Assembly: GCA_951406725.2 (NCBI GenBank)
Contig: OX597821.1
Location: forward strand, 23,870,001 to 23,934,000
DNA length: 64,000 nt
Direction: 5' to 3'
Source: Octopus vulgaris
Lineage: Eukaryota
Below, in pieces: positions 1 through 14,099 of the stretch (positions are counted from its first letter, which is position 1; the number at the start of each line of letters is the position of its first letter). The position numbers and the translations under genes were made by a program. Under the pieces are notes generated by a model. The model ran no database searches, had not been told where the DNA came from, and worked only from the letters and a program-made list of their open reading frames with translations.

Positions 1-617
1 GTAATGCAAGGACCCTGGATGAATTTGAAATCTGTACAGCTGACCTAGATAAGACACGTAGGTTAAGACCCAGGTACTGGAAGCTGAACATGTCATTTCT
101 AGCATGTAAGCTTACAGGGATCAGGTCAGCAATAATAATAATAATAATAATAAAAGTCTTTTCTACTAAAGGCACAAGACCTGACAGTTTGGGGGAGGAG
201 GCTGATAGAATGCATCAACCCCAATGCATAACTGATACTTATTTCGTCAACCCCAAAAGGATGAAAGACAAAGTCAATCTAGGTGGAATTTGAACTCAGA
301 ATATCAAGTTGGACAAAATGCCACCAAACATTTTGTTCACCACGGTAATGATTTCACCAGCTCACAACTTTAATAATAATAATAATAATTATTATTATTA
401 TCAAACAGATGCTATTGGCTGTTATAGAGCAGGAATGTTGAATTATGTGAAAGGGTAAATAAATGCATTAGACAGAAAAATAAAATGGAGCACTTCACCC
501 AAATGCAAATATCTGTGGTTTATGCAAGAAAAGAAGAGGCATTTACCGAAAACAAAGAACCAGTCTAGATCTTTGTATGCAAATGAAGCCATAGGTGTTA
601 CATGAGAGTATTTCTTT

Positions 618-952
618 CCTATCTGCCTATCTACTTACCTACCTACCAACCTGACTACCTACCTACCTGCCTGTCTACCTACCTACCTATCTACCTACCT
701 ACCTATCTAATTACCTGCCTACCTACCTACCTACCTATCTACCTACCTACCTACCTACCTACCTACCTACCTACCTACCTACCTACCTACCTACCTACCT
801 GCCTACCTACCTACCTATCTACCTACCTACCTGTCTACCTACCTACCTATCTACCTACCTACCTACCTACCTACCTACCTACCTACACGCACACACACAT
901 GCACATGCACACATACATACATACCTACATACATGCATACATACATACATAC
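618..952. repeat. (TACC)n followed by (TACA)n microsatellite
   Basis: Directly visible tandem 4-mers. Confidence 0.95.
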
Positions 953-1987
953 CGAGTAGAACAGGACAACAAAAAAGAAAACACCCACAGATATTGAGAC
1001 CAAAAGGCCAAAAGAATATCGGTGGAACTTAAAGCAGCCACCAAGTGAAAGCACGACAGATATTGTTGTGCAGGATCACAAGGAAAAGATACCAATATAG
1101 TTAGAAAAATTAAGAGGAAGAAGACAGCTGTGGACCATTAACGAGGAGTTTGCAAATCCAGTACCCATGATACACTTTCAGATTCATACCTGTTATTATT
1201 GGAGCAACAGGGTACATACTAATCCATCTGGAGCCAAGTATGGCTGAACCTGGGATCTCGGGGAGGGAATGCAAGTCCTTAATTCATATGCTAAAAATGA
1301 TCATGTTATCTGGGACTATAAAAATCTGAAAGATATACTTCAGATTTAAAAGATGATGGTTAAAACAAGATTCTTCCCTTCATAACATTTCTACCAAGTA
1401 GGTTGGGGGCGCAATGGCCCAGTGGTTAGGGCAGCGGACTCGCGGTCATAGGATCGCGGTTTTGATTCCCAGACCGGGCGTTGTGAGTGTTTATTGAGCG
1501 AAAACACCTAAAAGCTCCACGAGGCTCCAGCAGGGGGTGGTGGTGATCCCTGCTGTACTCTTTCACCACAACTTTCTCTTACTTCCTGTTTCTGTTGTAC
1601 CTGTATTTCAAAGGGCCGGCCTTGTCACTCTCTGTGTCACGCTGAATATCCCCGAGAACTACGTTAAGGGTACACGTGTCTGTGGAGTGCTCAGCCACTT
1701 ACACGTTAATTTCACGAGCAGGCTGTTCTGTTGATCGGATCAACCGGAACCCTCGTCGTCGTAACCGACGGAGTGCTTCCATCCACCAAGTAGGGGGCCA
1801 GTCAAAATGTGTTCTAAATTAAAAAGAGAATGAGAACACACATGCATATTATATAAATTCATACATGCATGCATACATACATACATACATACATACATAC
1901 ATGTATACATTAATACATACATACATACATACATACATGTATACATTAATACATACATACAAAGTGACGTTTCTATTGATACTACAG

Positions 1988-2131
1988 GTGTTGGGTATAG
2001 ACTACAGCAACAGGCTTCTGTCAGTCGCAGAGAAAATTAAATCTTCCAACAGCACCATTATACCATACAGTCTTGGTAAAGAAGTGGAAATTGATCCCTC
2101 ATGGAGTCGAGAGAATGTCATATTTAAACAG
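1988..2131 (+). CDS. Internal exon of an OvoA-like / class I SAM-methyltransferase-domain gene (5' exons lie outside the window)
   Basis: tacag|GTG...CAG|gtaag, 144 bp. Encodes VLGIDYSNRLLSVAEKIK...ENVIFKQ; the 'GIDYS' segment resembles a SAM-MTase beta2 motif. Joins the next exons in frame. Confidence 0.75.
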
Positions 2132-3850
2132 GTAAGATCTTACATTAAACTGATTGCAATGAAAATTGTCACCTTTAGCATCGCTCTCATCATTATCATC
2201 ATCATTTTCGCCATCATTTATGAGTCTTGAAAAAAACTTACTGTATGGCATATCATCATCATCATCATCATCATTATAATCATCATCATCATTTGAACAT
2301 CCACTTTTCCATCCATGCATGCAAGCGTAGGTTGGTGGAATTTGTTGGGGAAGATTTTTTCTAAGGCCAGATTCCCTACCTGTCCCCATCTTTTACCTGT
2401 TCCCAAGCAAGATAATATTTCCCTGTGGCCAGACGTGGTTTTTAAGGAAGATTGGAAAAAAAAACAAATGACACTAGTTTACATTCCTCATGCAATGTCA
2501 CTCCTCCTCACACATAGCATAGATACATACATATTTCTTCACCACCACCACCACCACCACCACCACCATCCTTTAATGTCCCTCTTCCATGGTGGCATGT
2601 GTTGGACTGTTCGACAGGAAATAACAGGACCAAGGACTGCATTGTGCTCCAATGTCTGATTTTCACAGGTGGGTGTGCTTTACAGCTGGACACCCATCCT
2701 AATGCCAACAACTTTATAGCATGCATTGTTGCAGTTTGTATTTTTTTCCATGGTACAAGCACTGTTGGGGTTACAGCCCATAAGACTGAGTGGGACTACA
2801 GTAGAGAGGAAGGCAGCTAAATGCTCGATGATAAGAGGAGTCAGATCAGGACAGATTTCTTACAGAACGCCAACACTCTTCATTAACTTGACTACACATT
2901 GTAGAAGACCAAGTATGAGTAACTGGAATGGGGCTGGAAAGAGAGATACAATAGTGATGATGAGTTATCAGGGTGGATTCTGAAAGTACAAGGTGAACAG
3001 GAGTGGGAACAGAGGAGCTGGGAAAGTGGGTAGAGATTGCAGGAGAGCATGGGGTTAGCAATGGACAGTTAGAGATGAGGAAGCGGTGAGGGAGAAAATA
3101 TAATGAATAACAAATGTTGAGTGGGTAGTTGAAGGTAAATACATATTTCCATCATTGTGTCAAAAGCTCAAATTCCATGCTTATACCATTTCACTAGTTT
3201 AGAAGCAAAAAACTCCCTGCACCAGTTTTCAAGCTCATCCATATTGTTGACCCTCTATTCATGCAGGAAATGTTTGCAAAGGGCCTTAAAGTTAACCTAG
3301 CTAAGACCAAAGTTGTTGTTAGTAAGAAAAAAGATAAAACTCTCAATATGTAGAAAAGGAGCTAAAAAAATTCCATTTGCTGCACCTATTGTAAACTATG
3401 GACACATAAGAGGTGCAGCGGAATCACAGGTAGATTAACAGATAAAGTTATCTTTGTATGTGGTAGATGTGCAGGAACAAAAGCACTAAGAGTACACAGG
3501 ATTTAGAGTCTCTCAAATGCTGTACTCTTTCACTACAACTTTCTCTCACTCTTTCTTCTGTTGACCTGCTTGCTTAGCCAGTGGGGTGGCATCACTTGAT
3601 GGCTAAAACAATGCAAAGCGCATTGTGACCAGCGATGTGTAGCAGCATCTGATAGCCTGGTTGGTCACGTGATCATGTGATATATATATATACTAGCATA
3701 CGGGTCATAGTGCTAGTTTGGTATAAATTTGTTAAATTAAAAATTTGGGGTAATAAAACATACAATGACATATTAAAAAAAACGAATTAAAATTCCAGAG
3801 AAAAATACATAGTAGATAAATATACAAATTTACAAAAATACATAAAAGTT

Positions 3851-3932
3851 CATCTATGGGCCATTTCGGAGACGCACCAATTAATATGAAACATATCATA
3901 TATTTAAAATTGGTACTCCCCTCGTCAGGATG
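3851..3932 (-). ncRNA. Minimal type I hammerhead ribozyme, AUA cleavage site
   Basis: Minus strand: CAUC-CUGACGA-GGGGAGUACCAAUU...AAUUGGUGCGUCUCC-GAAA-UGGCCC-AUA|GAUG. Stem I is CAUC/GAUG, stem II is a long hairpin, and the catalytic core is complete. Confidence 0.8.
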
Positions 3933-4661
3933 TTTTTTACACACAACACATAGTACATGGAAACAAATGCACAATTACATACCTGCTACATGTGAAAGAC
4001 CAGACATTACATGCTCCCAAAAATTCTCATAGATACTGAATGCTACTTTATAAGCATATAATTCAATCTAGCAGCTATAGTAAATGGTATGCGCACAGCT
4101 CCATCTGGACTAATTCACTTCTACACTCGATTAAATTTTTCATCTTTTAATTTTTCCCATTCATGCAAAGCCACATATTCAAGTTCAAATCCTTGATACA
4201 TTTTATACTAATTGCTATTTTTTCTTTTAATTGTTATATTACAATTTAATTACCATTTTAATAAAATAAAATATATTTAATTACTACCTACTATATTTAC
4301 TATATTTAATTCAATTGTTATTATTACCTCTAACTTTTATTGCAATTTTTATTTTTAAATTTCTTATGGAACGTTGAGTGGATCTTATGCATACAATATA
4401 TTTTTATATGATGTTTATATATTTATATATTACTATATATTTCTAAATGTCAGACTTTATGTCTGTTCTGTAGATATAATTGAATATATGTATGTGTATG
4501 ATCTTTCTGTGGATTTTGTAGTGCTCTTGTAGTTGCTGCTCGCATTGCCTCCCCTCGGATTAAAAAGTGTATACAGCTCATTTGAGCACTACTATTCCAG
4601 TCTGTTATATATTTTGATCGTTGTTGTCAATAACGATCTCAAGATATAACTTTATATTTTG

Positions 4662-4696
<35 letters not shown>

Positions 4697-4985
4697 CATA
4701 TACATACAATAGAGAGATGTTTTTGTTTCACTTTTAACACGTAATACTGAAATAGTGGAGAAGATATGAGATTGCTGTGGGCTCGCTCTAGGCAAGAAGT
4801 TGAACATTTTTTGTTTTTTCCCATGACACTACATGAACCCTAAGTAAGGCATGTGTAAAATTTGAATGAAATTGTTTGTGTAGTTCTCAAGTTTTAGGGA
4901 AACACACAGACAGACAGACAGATAGACACACATTCTCAGTTCTATATATATAGAGGTATATACATATATATATACATATATATGC

Positions 4986-5032
<47 letters not shown>

Positions 5033-5123
5033 CATATACATATATATATATACATATACATATATATATACATATACATATATATATACATATACATATA
5101 TATATACATATACATATATATAC

Positions 5124-5166
<43 letters not shown>

Positions 5167-5204
5167 CATATATACATACATACACATATATATTCATCTT
5201 ACAG

Positions 5205-5283
5205 TTAACCTGGTTATCCATGGAGCTGGGTTCCCACAGCTTGGTCCTTGTCACATTTCTTGAGCGTTTACAGAATACAAAAG
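5205..5283 (+). CDS. Internal exon of the same methyltransferase-domain gene
   Basis: cttacag|TTA...AAAG|gtaag, 79 bp. Encodes [26 protein letters not shown](A); phase 0 in, phase 1 out, matching the neighbours. Confidence 0.75.
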
Positions 5284-6448
5284 GTAAGTTCCACACATTA
5301 ACATAATTAATAATAACCCTCAACTGCCATAGAATATCTTATTTTTGTGATGTGTATATAGTACCAGACTGGATTAGAACTAAAAACTAAGGATAATACT
5401 GTGTGTCTCACCATCTTAGTCTAAAACCTTCACTCAAAATTTCTTTAGCGCTAACAATATTGTTACATTCTGTAAGAGAGTCTTAGCTTGAATGTTGCTT
5501 GGCGCTAAGAACACATCCAGGAATTAGACACCTGATGATAATTAACAACCAAACTTATTGAAATGTTGTGCAGATGTAAATACGGAATAATTTTCCAAAG
5601 ACAAGGTTGGTAAGAACAAAAAATCTTACTAACAATAAGTTACCGCATTTTTTTTTAAATAAAAAGTCGATCTGCATGAGACAACTGATCTCAGTTGAGG
5701 TTACATCATCATCATTTAGTGTCCGCTTTCCATGCTAGCATGGGTTGGACGGTTCAACTGGGGTCTGGGAAAACCAGAAGGCTGCACCAGGCCCAGTCTG
5801 ATCTGGCAGGGTTTCTACGGCTGGATGCCCTTCCTAACGCCAACCACTCCGTGAGTGTAGTGGGTGTTTTTACGTGCCATCCGCACAACAATTATACAAT
5901 AAAAATTATTTAAGTTCAATTAGATCAAAATGATATATTAACTATAGGAAAACTACATACTAAAGGTGGTGCTCCAGCATGGCCGCAGTCAAATGACTGA
6001 AACAAGTAAAAGAGTAAAAGAGTAAAGAGTATAGGATAGCTGCAAGAGGCTGAATCTGATCAAATGGAATGAAAAAAAAAAGCTAAAACAGATAGAATAT
6101 TTGGACCATATGGTTAGTGCAAATGCTAAAAGATTAAGTCAAGTTACATATTTCAGTCAACACACCTTAGAAAATCTACTATGTGATTACAATGGAAACC
6201 AAATTCTTGAATCACATTAGCTATAAATGTGACTGGTTAGAAATAACAACCAAATCTCCCTCAAATAATTTCTTAGTATCTTTAAAAATTAAAGCTACAT
6301 TATATAATGTATAACTGGAGAGATTATTTTTGAGTAAAAATTGGACGGAACATCTTTGATCATAAGTCTACTTGATCAGAAATGAGCCAGCAACAACTAC
6401 AACACTTCTCCTCTCAGACAAATGGCTATATATTTGATTTATTTACAG

Positions 6449-6557
6449 CTTGGCTTTATCGACTTTGGGAATTGCTGAAGCATGATGGCTTATTGGTCAT
6501 TACTTCTAAAGACACCACATGGACAGCAGCTGAGTTACAGCAGTACCTACAGCCCAG
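6449..6557 (+). CDS. Internal exon of the same methyltransferase-domain gene
   Basis: tttacag|CT...CCCAG|gtaag, 109 bp. Encodes (A)WLYRLWELLKHDGLLVITSKDTTWTAAELQQYLQP(R); 'LKxxGLLVI' resembles MTase motif III. Confidence 0.75.
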
Positions 6558-6824
6558 GTAAGAATTGTTATATACTAGCAGATAACCCGGCCTTGCTCGG
6601 GATTAAAATGACATAGTGCTTTTTATTATTTTACTTGTTTCAGTCATTTGACTGTGACCATGCTGGAGCACCACCTTTGGTCTAGCAAATCAACCCCAAG
6701 ATTTATTCTTTGTAAGCCTAGAACTTATTCAATCGGTCTCTTTTGCCGAACCGCTAAGTTATGGACATGTAAGCACACCAGCATCAGTTGTCAAGCGATG
6801 TTGGGGGGGACAAACGCAGACACA

Positions 6825-6893
<69 letters not shown>

Positions 6894-7059
6894 GATGGGC
6901 TTCTTTCAGTTTCCGTCAACCAAATCCACTCACAAGGCTTTGGTCAGCCTGAGGCTATAGTAGAAGACACTTGCCCAAGGTACCACGCAGTGGGACTGAA
7001 CCCGAAACCATGTGGTTGGTAAGCAAGCTACTTACCACATAATACATATATATATATGT

Positions 7060-7187
<128 letters not shown>

Positions 7188-7204
7188 CCATATATATATA
7201 TATC

Positions 7205-7560
7205 CAGTGTGCATACTCAACAGAGTGTGAGTACCTTGAGAGAAAAGTTGGACTTGTGCAAGCTTTGGTATGGTCATGTGGTGAGAATGGATGAGGATAG
7301 CTGTGTGAAAAAGTGCCACACCCTAGCCGTTGAGGGAACCTGTGGAAAAGGTAGACCCAGGAAGACCTGGGATGAAGTGGTGAAGCATGACCTTTGAACA
7401 TTAGGCCTCACCAAGAAAATGACTAGCGACCGAGACCTTTGGAAATATGCTGTGCTCGAGAAGACCCGGCAAGCTAAATGAGACCATAACCCATGGCCTA
7501 TGCCAGGAGCATAACCAGCCCGCTTATGCATAGCTTTTCCTTCTTTGGTCACTAAACTTT
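7205..7560 (+). mobile_element. RTE-type LINE 3' fragment (another RTE piece at ~3270-3520)
   Basis: [18 protein letters not shown]...[11 protein letters not shown]. Confidence 0.75.
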
Positions 7561-8125
7561 GCTTGCAAAGACCTGTTGTAGCAAGTGAAATCAAAATCAA
7601 AATCAAATTTCGATCACTGGCATCCGTGCTAGCAGGGTGCAAAGAGCACCATACTAGTGTGATCGTTGACAGAGAGGCTATTCGAGTATGATCGTTACCA
7701 GCGTCGCCTTACTGGCACTTATGCCTGTGCTTATGGGGTGCCTAGAACACCATCCGAGCGTGATCGTTGTGATCGTTGCCAGAGCAGCCAACTGGCTTCC
7801 GTACCCGTGGCATGTAAAAGGGCACCATTCGAGCATGATCATTACCAACGTCGCTTCACTGGCACCTGTGTCAGTGGCACGTGTAAAAAGATTCGAGCGA
7901 GGTCATTGCCAGTACCGCCTGACTGGCCCCCGTGCTGGTGGCATGTAAAAAGCACCTACTACACTCTCAGAGTGGCTGGCGTTAGGAAGGGCATCCAGCA
8001 GTAGAAACTCTGCCAGATCAAGACTGGAGCCTGGTGCAGCCATCTGGTTACCAGCACCCAGTCAAAACCGTCCAACCCATGCTAGCATGGAAAACGGACG
8101 TTAAACGATGATGATGATGATGATA

Positions 8126-8192
<67 letters not shown>

Positions 8193-10140
8193 ATGTGTAC
8201 ATAGATATATAACTTAGAAGAAATGAGGTACTCAGAAAATCGGACGGTTTATATTTACAGATGTTTATTCATATATTACATTTTTTATACATCATATAAC
8301 TTAGATCATGTATTAGCGCTTTCTCCCATTCTATTGGGGTTTTCAAATCAAACTAAGTTCCTGTGTGAAAAGTTTTGACCATTTTATAGTGGTATTGAGT
8401 TTGTAGTGGTGGGGAGGAATGATGGTGGAAGCACTCCGTCGGTTCCGACGACGAGGGTTCCGGTTGATCCGATCAACGGAACAGTCTGCTCGTGAAATTA
8501 ACATGTAAGTGGCTGAGCACTCCACAGACACGTGTACCCTTAACGTAGTTCTCGGGGATATTCAGTGTGACACAGATAGTGACAAGGCCGGCCCTTTGAA
8601 ATACAGGTACAACAGAAACAGGAAGTAAGAGTGAGAGAAATTTGTGGTGAAAGAGTACAGCAGGGATCACCACCATCCCCTGCCGGAGCCTTGTGGAGCT
8701 TTAGGTGTTTTCGCTCAATAAACACTCACAACGCGCGGTCTGGGGAATCGAAACCGCAATCCTACAACCGCGAGTCCACTGCCCTAACCACTGGGCCATT
8801 GCGAGGAGAAAGTGAGAGAGAGAGAGCATGTGTGTGTGTGTGTGTGTGTGTGTGTTTGTATTTGGAATGAGTGCTAAAGAAGAAGAGGGAAAGGGAGAGG
8901 GAAGAAGAAGCAGAAAAGAATTTTTTTGCTCTGCTGGACAGCATGCTTACTCCAAGGGGGGGTCTAAGATCTTGGGGGAAAAGAATTTCAGTTTTGACCA
9001 TTTCATAGTGTTATTGAGTGTGTGGTGGCAGGGAGGTAGACCATAAATTATATTTCTTTTTCTCATTGTGTGTGTGTGTTTAATAAGGGATGGTCAAATG
9101 GTTTTTTTGGGGTTTAGAGAAGAAGAATTCTTTTTATGATTTTTTTGTGGAGGTGTGTGTGTGTGTGGGGGGGTGTCTGTGAGTTTGGAGAAGGGAAGAA
9201 AGGAAAAGAGGAAAAAAAAGGAGGAAGGAGAAATAATTGTGTTGATATTTATACCACTATATATACATACATATACATAAAACATTAGAAAAAAACCACC
9301 TTTTATCAACTCAAAATGAATAATTAAATTACACCATCTAGAAAATTACATATCATAGAAAAGTTAAAATCAAAATGACAATTAAAAAGTAAAGATTAAG
9401 TAAATTACAAAAATAACACAATGCATACAATAGGTAAAAAATATATATATATATATACACACACATATACTAAATGCTCCACTATATTAAATTGTAAATT
9501 GAAAGATTTGTCCTTCAATGTATGATGAGTAAAATTTCATAAAGTCCATATTTGAAAAAGAGACTCTCTTGTGTTGAAATTACAAATGACAGAATACAAA
9601 CTGACAACTACTGAGTCTCTTGTCTGATCTTCAATTGATTTAGTCTAATATCTCACTGATTAACTAAATATTAAGTTTTATCATACAGGAGCAACTGGTT
9701 CCACAAATTAAAGTGAAATGGTTTCATTCAAATATTAGGATAGCCTTTGTTCAATGTTGCATTTTCAAAAACCAAAGCATATGTGTAGAACTGTGTGTGT
9801 GTGTGTGTGTGTTTTTAATACAGTTTACTTAGCAAATTTGGTCCTTCATCTGGTACAGCTTATTATAGAGATATTTTCAGCCATTAATATTTGATCAACA
9901 AAAATTTATGAAACGCTTCTATGTACTTCCTACTGAGGAAATGGAACACATAAGCGCAAAAATAGAGGGCATTAAATGCTTGATTTTAAAACCAAAATAA
10001 TTGAATTTTGATTGAACTTCATCCAAGTTTAGCTTAATTCTTGCGTGCATAGAACGCACAAGCCGGGCAATACTGCTAGTATATATATCTATTATTTATA
10101 TTATTATATTATCGAACGCCACACATCCATTTCCAAGTAA

Positions 10141-10192
<52 letters not shown>

Positions 10193-10343
10193 CGTATGTA
10201 TATGTATATAACTCTTTTACTCTGTTACTTGTTTCAGTCATTTTGACTGTGGCCATACTGAAGCACCAACTTTTAGTTGAAGAAATCGACCCCTGAACAT
10301 ATTCTTTGTAAGCCTGGTGCTTATTCTATGGATATATAACTAC

Positions 10344-10376
<33 letters not shown>

Positions 10377-10408
10377 GTATATGTATAAAAGTGAACTCTT
10401 TTACTCTG

Positions 10409-10526
10409 ATTGAAGATTGTTTCTGAAGAATTTTGCGATTACGACTCCAAAGATGGAAGTTCCACAGGGGCTGTATCAATTTGGTGCTTAAATTCAGACA
10501 GTGATGGAAACATCCAGGTGTCTTAA
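10409..10526 (+). CDS. Putative terminal exon of the methyltransferase-domain gene (non-canonical acceptor)
   Basis: Phase-2 reading gives (R)LKIVSEEFCDYDSKDGSSTGAVSIWCLNSDSDGNIQVS*, followed by AATAAA at 10540-10545. The acceptor reads TG rather than AG. Confidence 0.5.
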
Positions 10527-11001
10527 TTGTTCAATATTCAATAAAAATTAACATTTCAGATGAAAATAAAATTACACACATATACATACATAGACGTATA
10601 TACAGTATACACAAGTTGCAAATACAATATTTTATCTATATATAATGTGCATGGTTATTACGACAGATATACATATATATATTTTTTTTTATGTTTGTTC
10701 ATATTTATATACAATATGCTTGATTGATAAATTCATTGCATGAAAGTCTATGTTTATGAGTCACATATGTAGCTTTACTGCTGATCAAAAAATATGTATA
10801 CAGCATATATATGACTTTTGAAGAGGTTGCAATAAGCAATGAAAATTTTAGAAAAACTAAGTAAGTAAATGAGTGGAAATCAAACCAGTGAGTGTGTTAA
10901 TGAATAAGGCATTAAAACAGAATGACTCTCCCCATACACAATAATATAGGCTTCAACACACAAATTCACATAAAGAATCTTGCAAACCAAATACAAAAAC
11001 G

Positions 11002-11048
<47 letters not shown>

Positions 11049-11825
11049 TATTATTCTGACAATGCATGATTGTTGTAAATGAGTGTCACCGTCATATAAG
11101 CAGTGACTCCCATCTCAAATCCTCTGGGAAAATTTCTTCAGCCGTGGAGAAACACAACCTGGCTTGGAAACAGGTGCAGGTTGGTGACAGGAGAAGCATC
11201 CAGCTACAAAAAAGATCTACCTCAATGAATTCCACCAACACAAATTAACAGTGGACAATAAAACAGTGAAGATGATGATGATGAAAATAATTATATATAT
11301 ATGTACATATATAACATATCATATAATATAATATGATGTAATATAATACACACACACATATATATGTATACATATATATGTGTGTATGTGTGTGTGTATT
11401 ATATTATATTACATCATATATTATATATGTTTACTCTTTTACATGTTTCAGTCATTTGACTGCGGCCATGCTGGAGCACCGCCTTTTTAGTCGAGCAAAT
11501 CGACCCCGGGACTTATTCTTTGTAAGCCCAGTACTTATTCTATCGGTCTCTTTTGCCGAACCGCTAAGTGACGGGGACATAAACACACCAGCATCAGTTG
11601 TCAAGCAATGCTAGGGGGACAAAGACAGACACACACACATATATATACACATATATACGACAGGCTTCTTTCAGTGTCCGTCTACCAAATCCACTCACAA
11701 GGTATTGGTCGTCCCGGGGCTATAGCAGAAGACACTTTCCCAAGATGCCACGCAGTGGGACTGAATCCGGAACCATGTGGTTGGTTAGCAAGCTACTTAC
11801 CACACAACCCTATATATATATATAT

Positions 11826-11869
<44 letters not shown>

Positions 11870-13219
11870 CTGTTTTATTGTCCACTGTTAATTTGTGTTG
11901 GTGGAATTCATTGAGTTAGATTTTTTTTGTAGCTAGATGCTTCTCCTGTCACCAACCTGCACCTATTTCCAACCAGGTTGTGTTTCTCCACGGCTGAAAA
12001 ATATTTCACAGAGGATTTGAGATGGGAGTCACTGCTTATATGACGGTGACACTCATTTACAATTATTATGCAGTGTCAGAATAATCACACACACACACAC
12101 ACATTTTTCCTTGTTTTTCTTCCCTTTTCCTTGTTCATTATCTGCCTTGCAAGTTACTTTGGCAACCTCACAAGTGCTAGTGGTATGAAGTAAATCACAC
12201 AGTACATACTGTATCAGAAAGGTAACAGAAAGGGCATCCAGCTATAGAAATCATACCAGAGCAAATACTGGAATTTGGCACAGCCCTGCTGTCAAACCAT
12301 CCAACCCATGCCAGTATGGAAAATTAACATTACATGATCATGATGATGATACAATTGCATATATACACATATGCGCATTTTGACTAATTTTTCAATATTT
12401 CTTTTAAAAAAGGGTCACCATTTTTATACTTTTATCATTTTAATATATTATCCCTTTTATGCAACATTATCACTTTAATAGCACAATATCAATTCAATGC
12501 ATATCACTCTAATACAGTTGGCTCCCAAGCATTTTTGAGCTGCTGTCCCCTTTGCAATCAGGTCACATTCCTAGCGACCTTTCTCCAGCTCACCACCACA
12601 AACGTAGACCACTTTCTGCAGCAAATTCAAAACAACAGTATTTCACAAATAAAACTTAACCCAAATGAACCCGTTATTTTGTTGTTTTTACAGCCATCAC
12701 CCCCTTTTGGCCACCCCATTATCACCCCCACTTTTCTTCAATTGTTCCCATGGATCTTTCCACTGCCCCAGGTGGGGCAGTAATGGCCACTTTAGGAATC
12801 ATTGTTTTAATACATTATCACTTTAATACTACATTAAGATACCTTTATTTTACAAAAAGTTTCTTAAAAGTACCATCTAAATCAATATTTCTGTTATATT
12901 CTAAGGCAGTGAGTTGGCATTCTGGGCAAAATGCTTAGTAGCATTTAGTTCTGAGTTCAAATTCTGCTGAGAATGGTGTTGCTGCTGCTGTTGTTGTTGT
13001 GCTTGTCCATCTTCAAAATCTGCTTGCGTGTTTATTGCTTCATTTGTATATTCAAAAAACAGACTTTGTTGATGTTGCTGTGTTTTTTGTTATTATGCTG
13101 ACCAGGTTTCAGAAAGACTGGTCAAGTAATTATGGTTGCTTTAAACAGCATTTACCCCGTCTTCCTCCTGCTACCATTATTGTGAATATGAGTTGTTGTA
13201 ATGGCAACAACAGTAGCAA

Positions 13220-13580
13220 CAATGGGAAAATCCAAATTTGCCATCAAGATGTAGGACAAGATACTGTGATAGCCTGGGCTTCCGAGGCCCACAGCTCTTC
13301 AATATCTTCCCGAAGAACCTAAGAGACATGCATGGGGTGGACGCAGATGTCTTTAAAATGAAACTGGATCTCTTCTTGTCAGGTATCCCAGATGAACCAA
13401 CTTCACGGCAGGAGGTGCAGATGAGGGCAGCTGCATCGAACTCTCTCATGCACCAAATGGCAATTGCTAAAAAGCACTCGTGAAGTGAAATCATGTAGCA
13501 ACACCAAATGGCGGTGCCCCAGCATGGCCACAGCTTGTGAGCTGAAACTAGATAAATAAATAAAAATAAATAAAATAAAA
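13220..13580 (+). mobile_element. 3' end of a CR1/L2-type LINE
   Basis: FRGPQLFNIFPKNLR...FKMKLDLFLSGIPDEP, then a 3' UTR and (TAAA)n tail. Confidence 0.75.
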
Positions 13581-14099
13581 TCACTAGAGAACAGTGGTGG
13601 AAGTAACACCTGACCACCACAAATATTAGTAACACTGCTGCAGCTAGAAACATTAAGGGCAATATCCGTATCAATGACAAACAGAGTAGAGATGCAAGCA
13701 TTGAAAGAAACACTGTCATCAACAGAATTAAAACTAATACCATTAACAATGCTAACACCACAACTAGCAAATCAATGAGTCAATTTCTCTATTGTTGCAG
13801 GATTTAACCCTTTGGTGTTTAAGCCGGCCATATCCGGCCCAAATATCCTACATGTTTTACATTCAAACTGGCCATATCTGGCCCCTCACACCTAACCTAC
13901 ATTGACATTCTAAGAATAAACTATCACACCATTGAAACTTCAAAGCTGTAAGATAATGTATGATTAATTCAAAACAATTTAAGTGAAAAATGTATTACAT
14001 TTAACAGAGTAATCTGAACACCAAAGGGTTAAAGAACGTTAAAAAAGTTCCCAAGTAAAATTGGGAGGACTTTATCCTTAACTGTGCCTCAGTAGATTC

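Noticed and set aside
602-997. 131-aa ORF of PTYL repeats and the many YIYI/MYVC ORFs across the window
   Set aside because: These are translations of (TACC)n, (TA)n and (TACA)n microsatellites, not genes.
1537-1734. Recurrent 'MVVIPAVLFHHNF...' ORF found five times
   Set aside because: An incidental frame within SINE family B copies.
8300-8360. Hammerhead-like GAAAGCGCUA with an upstream hairpin on the minus strand
   Set aside because: No CUGANGA box at the required position and no convincing stem I.
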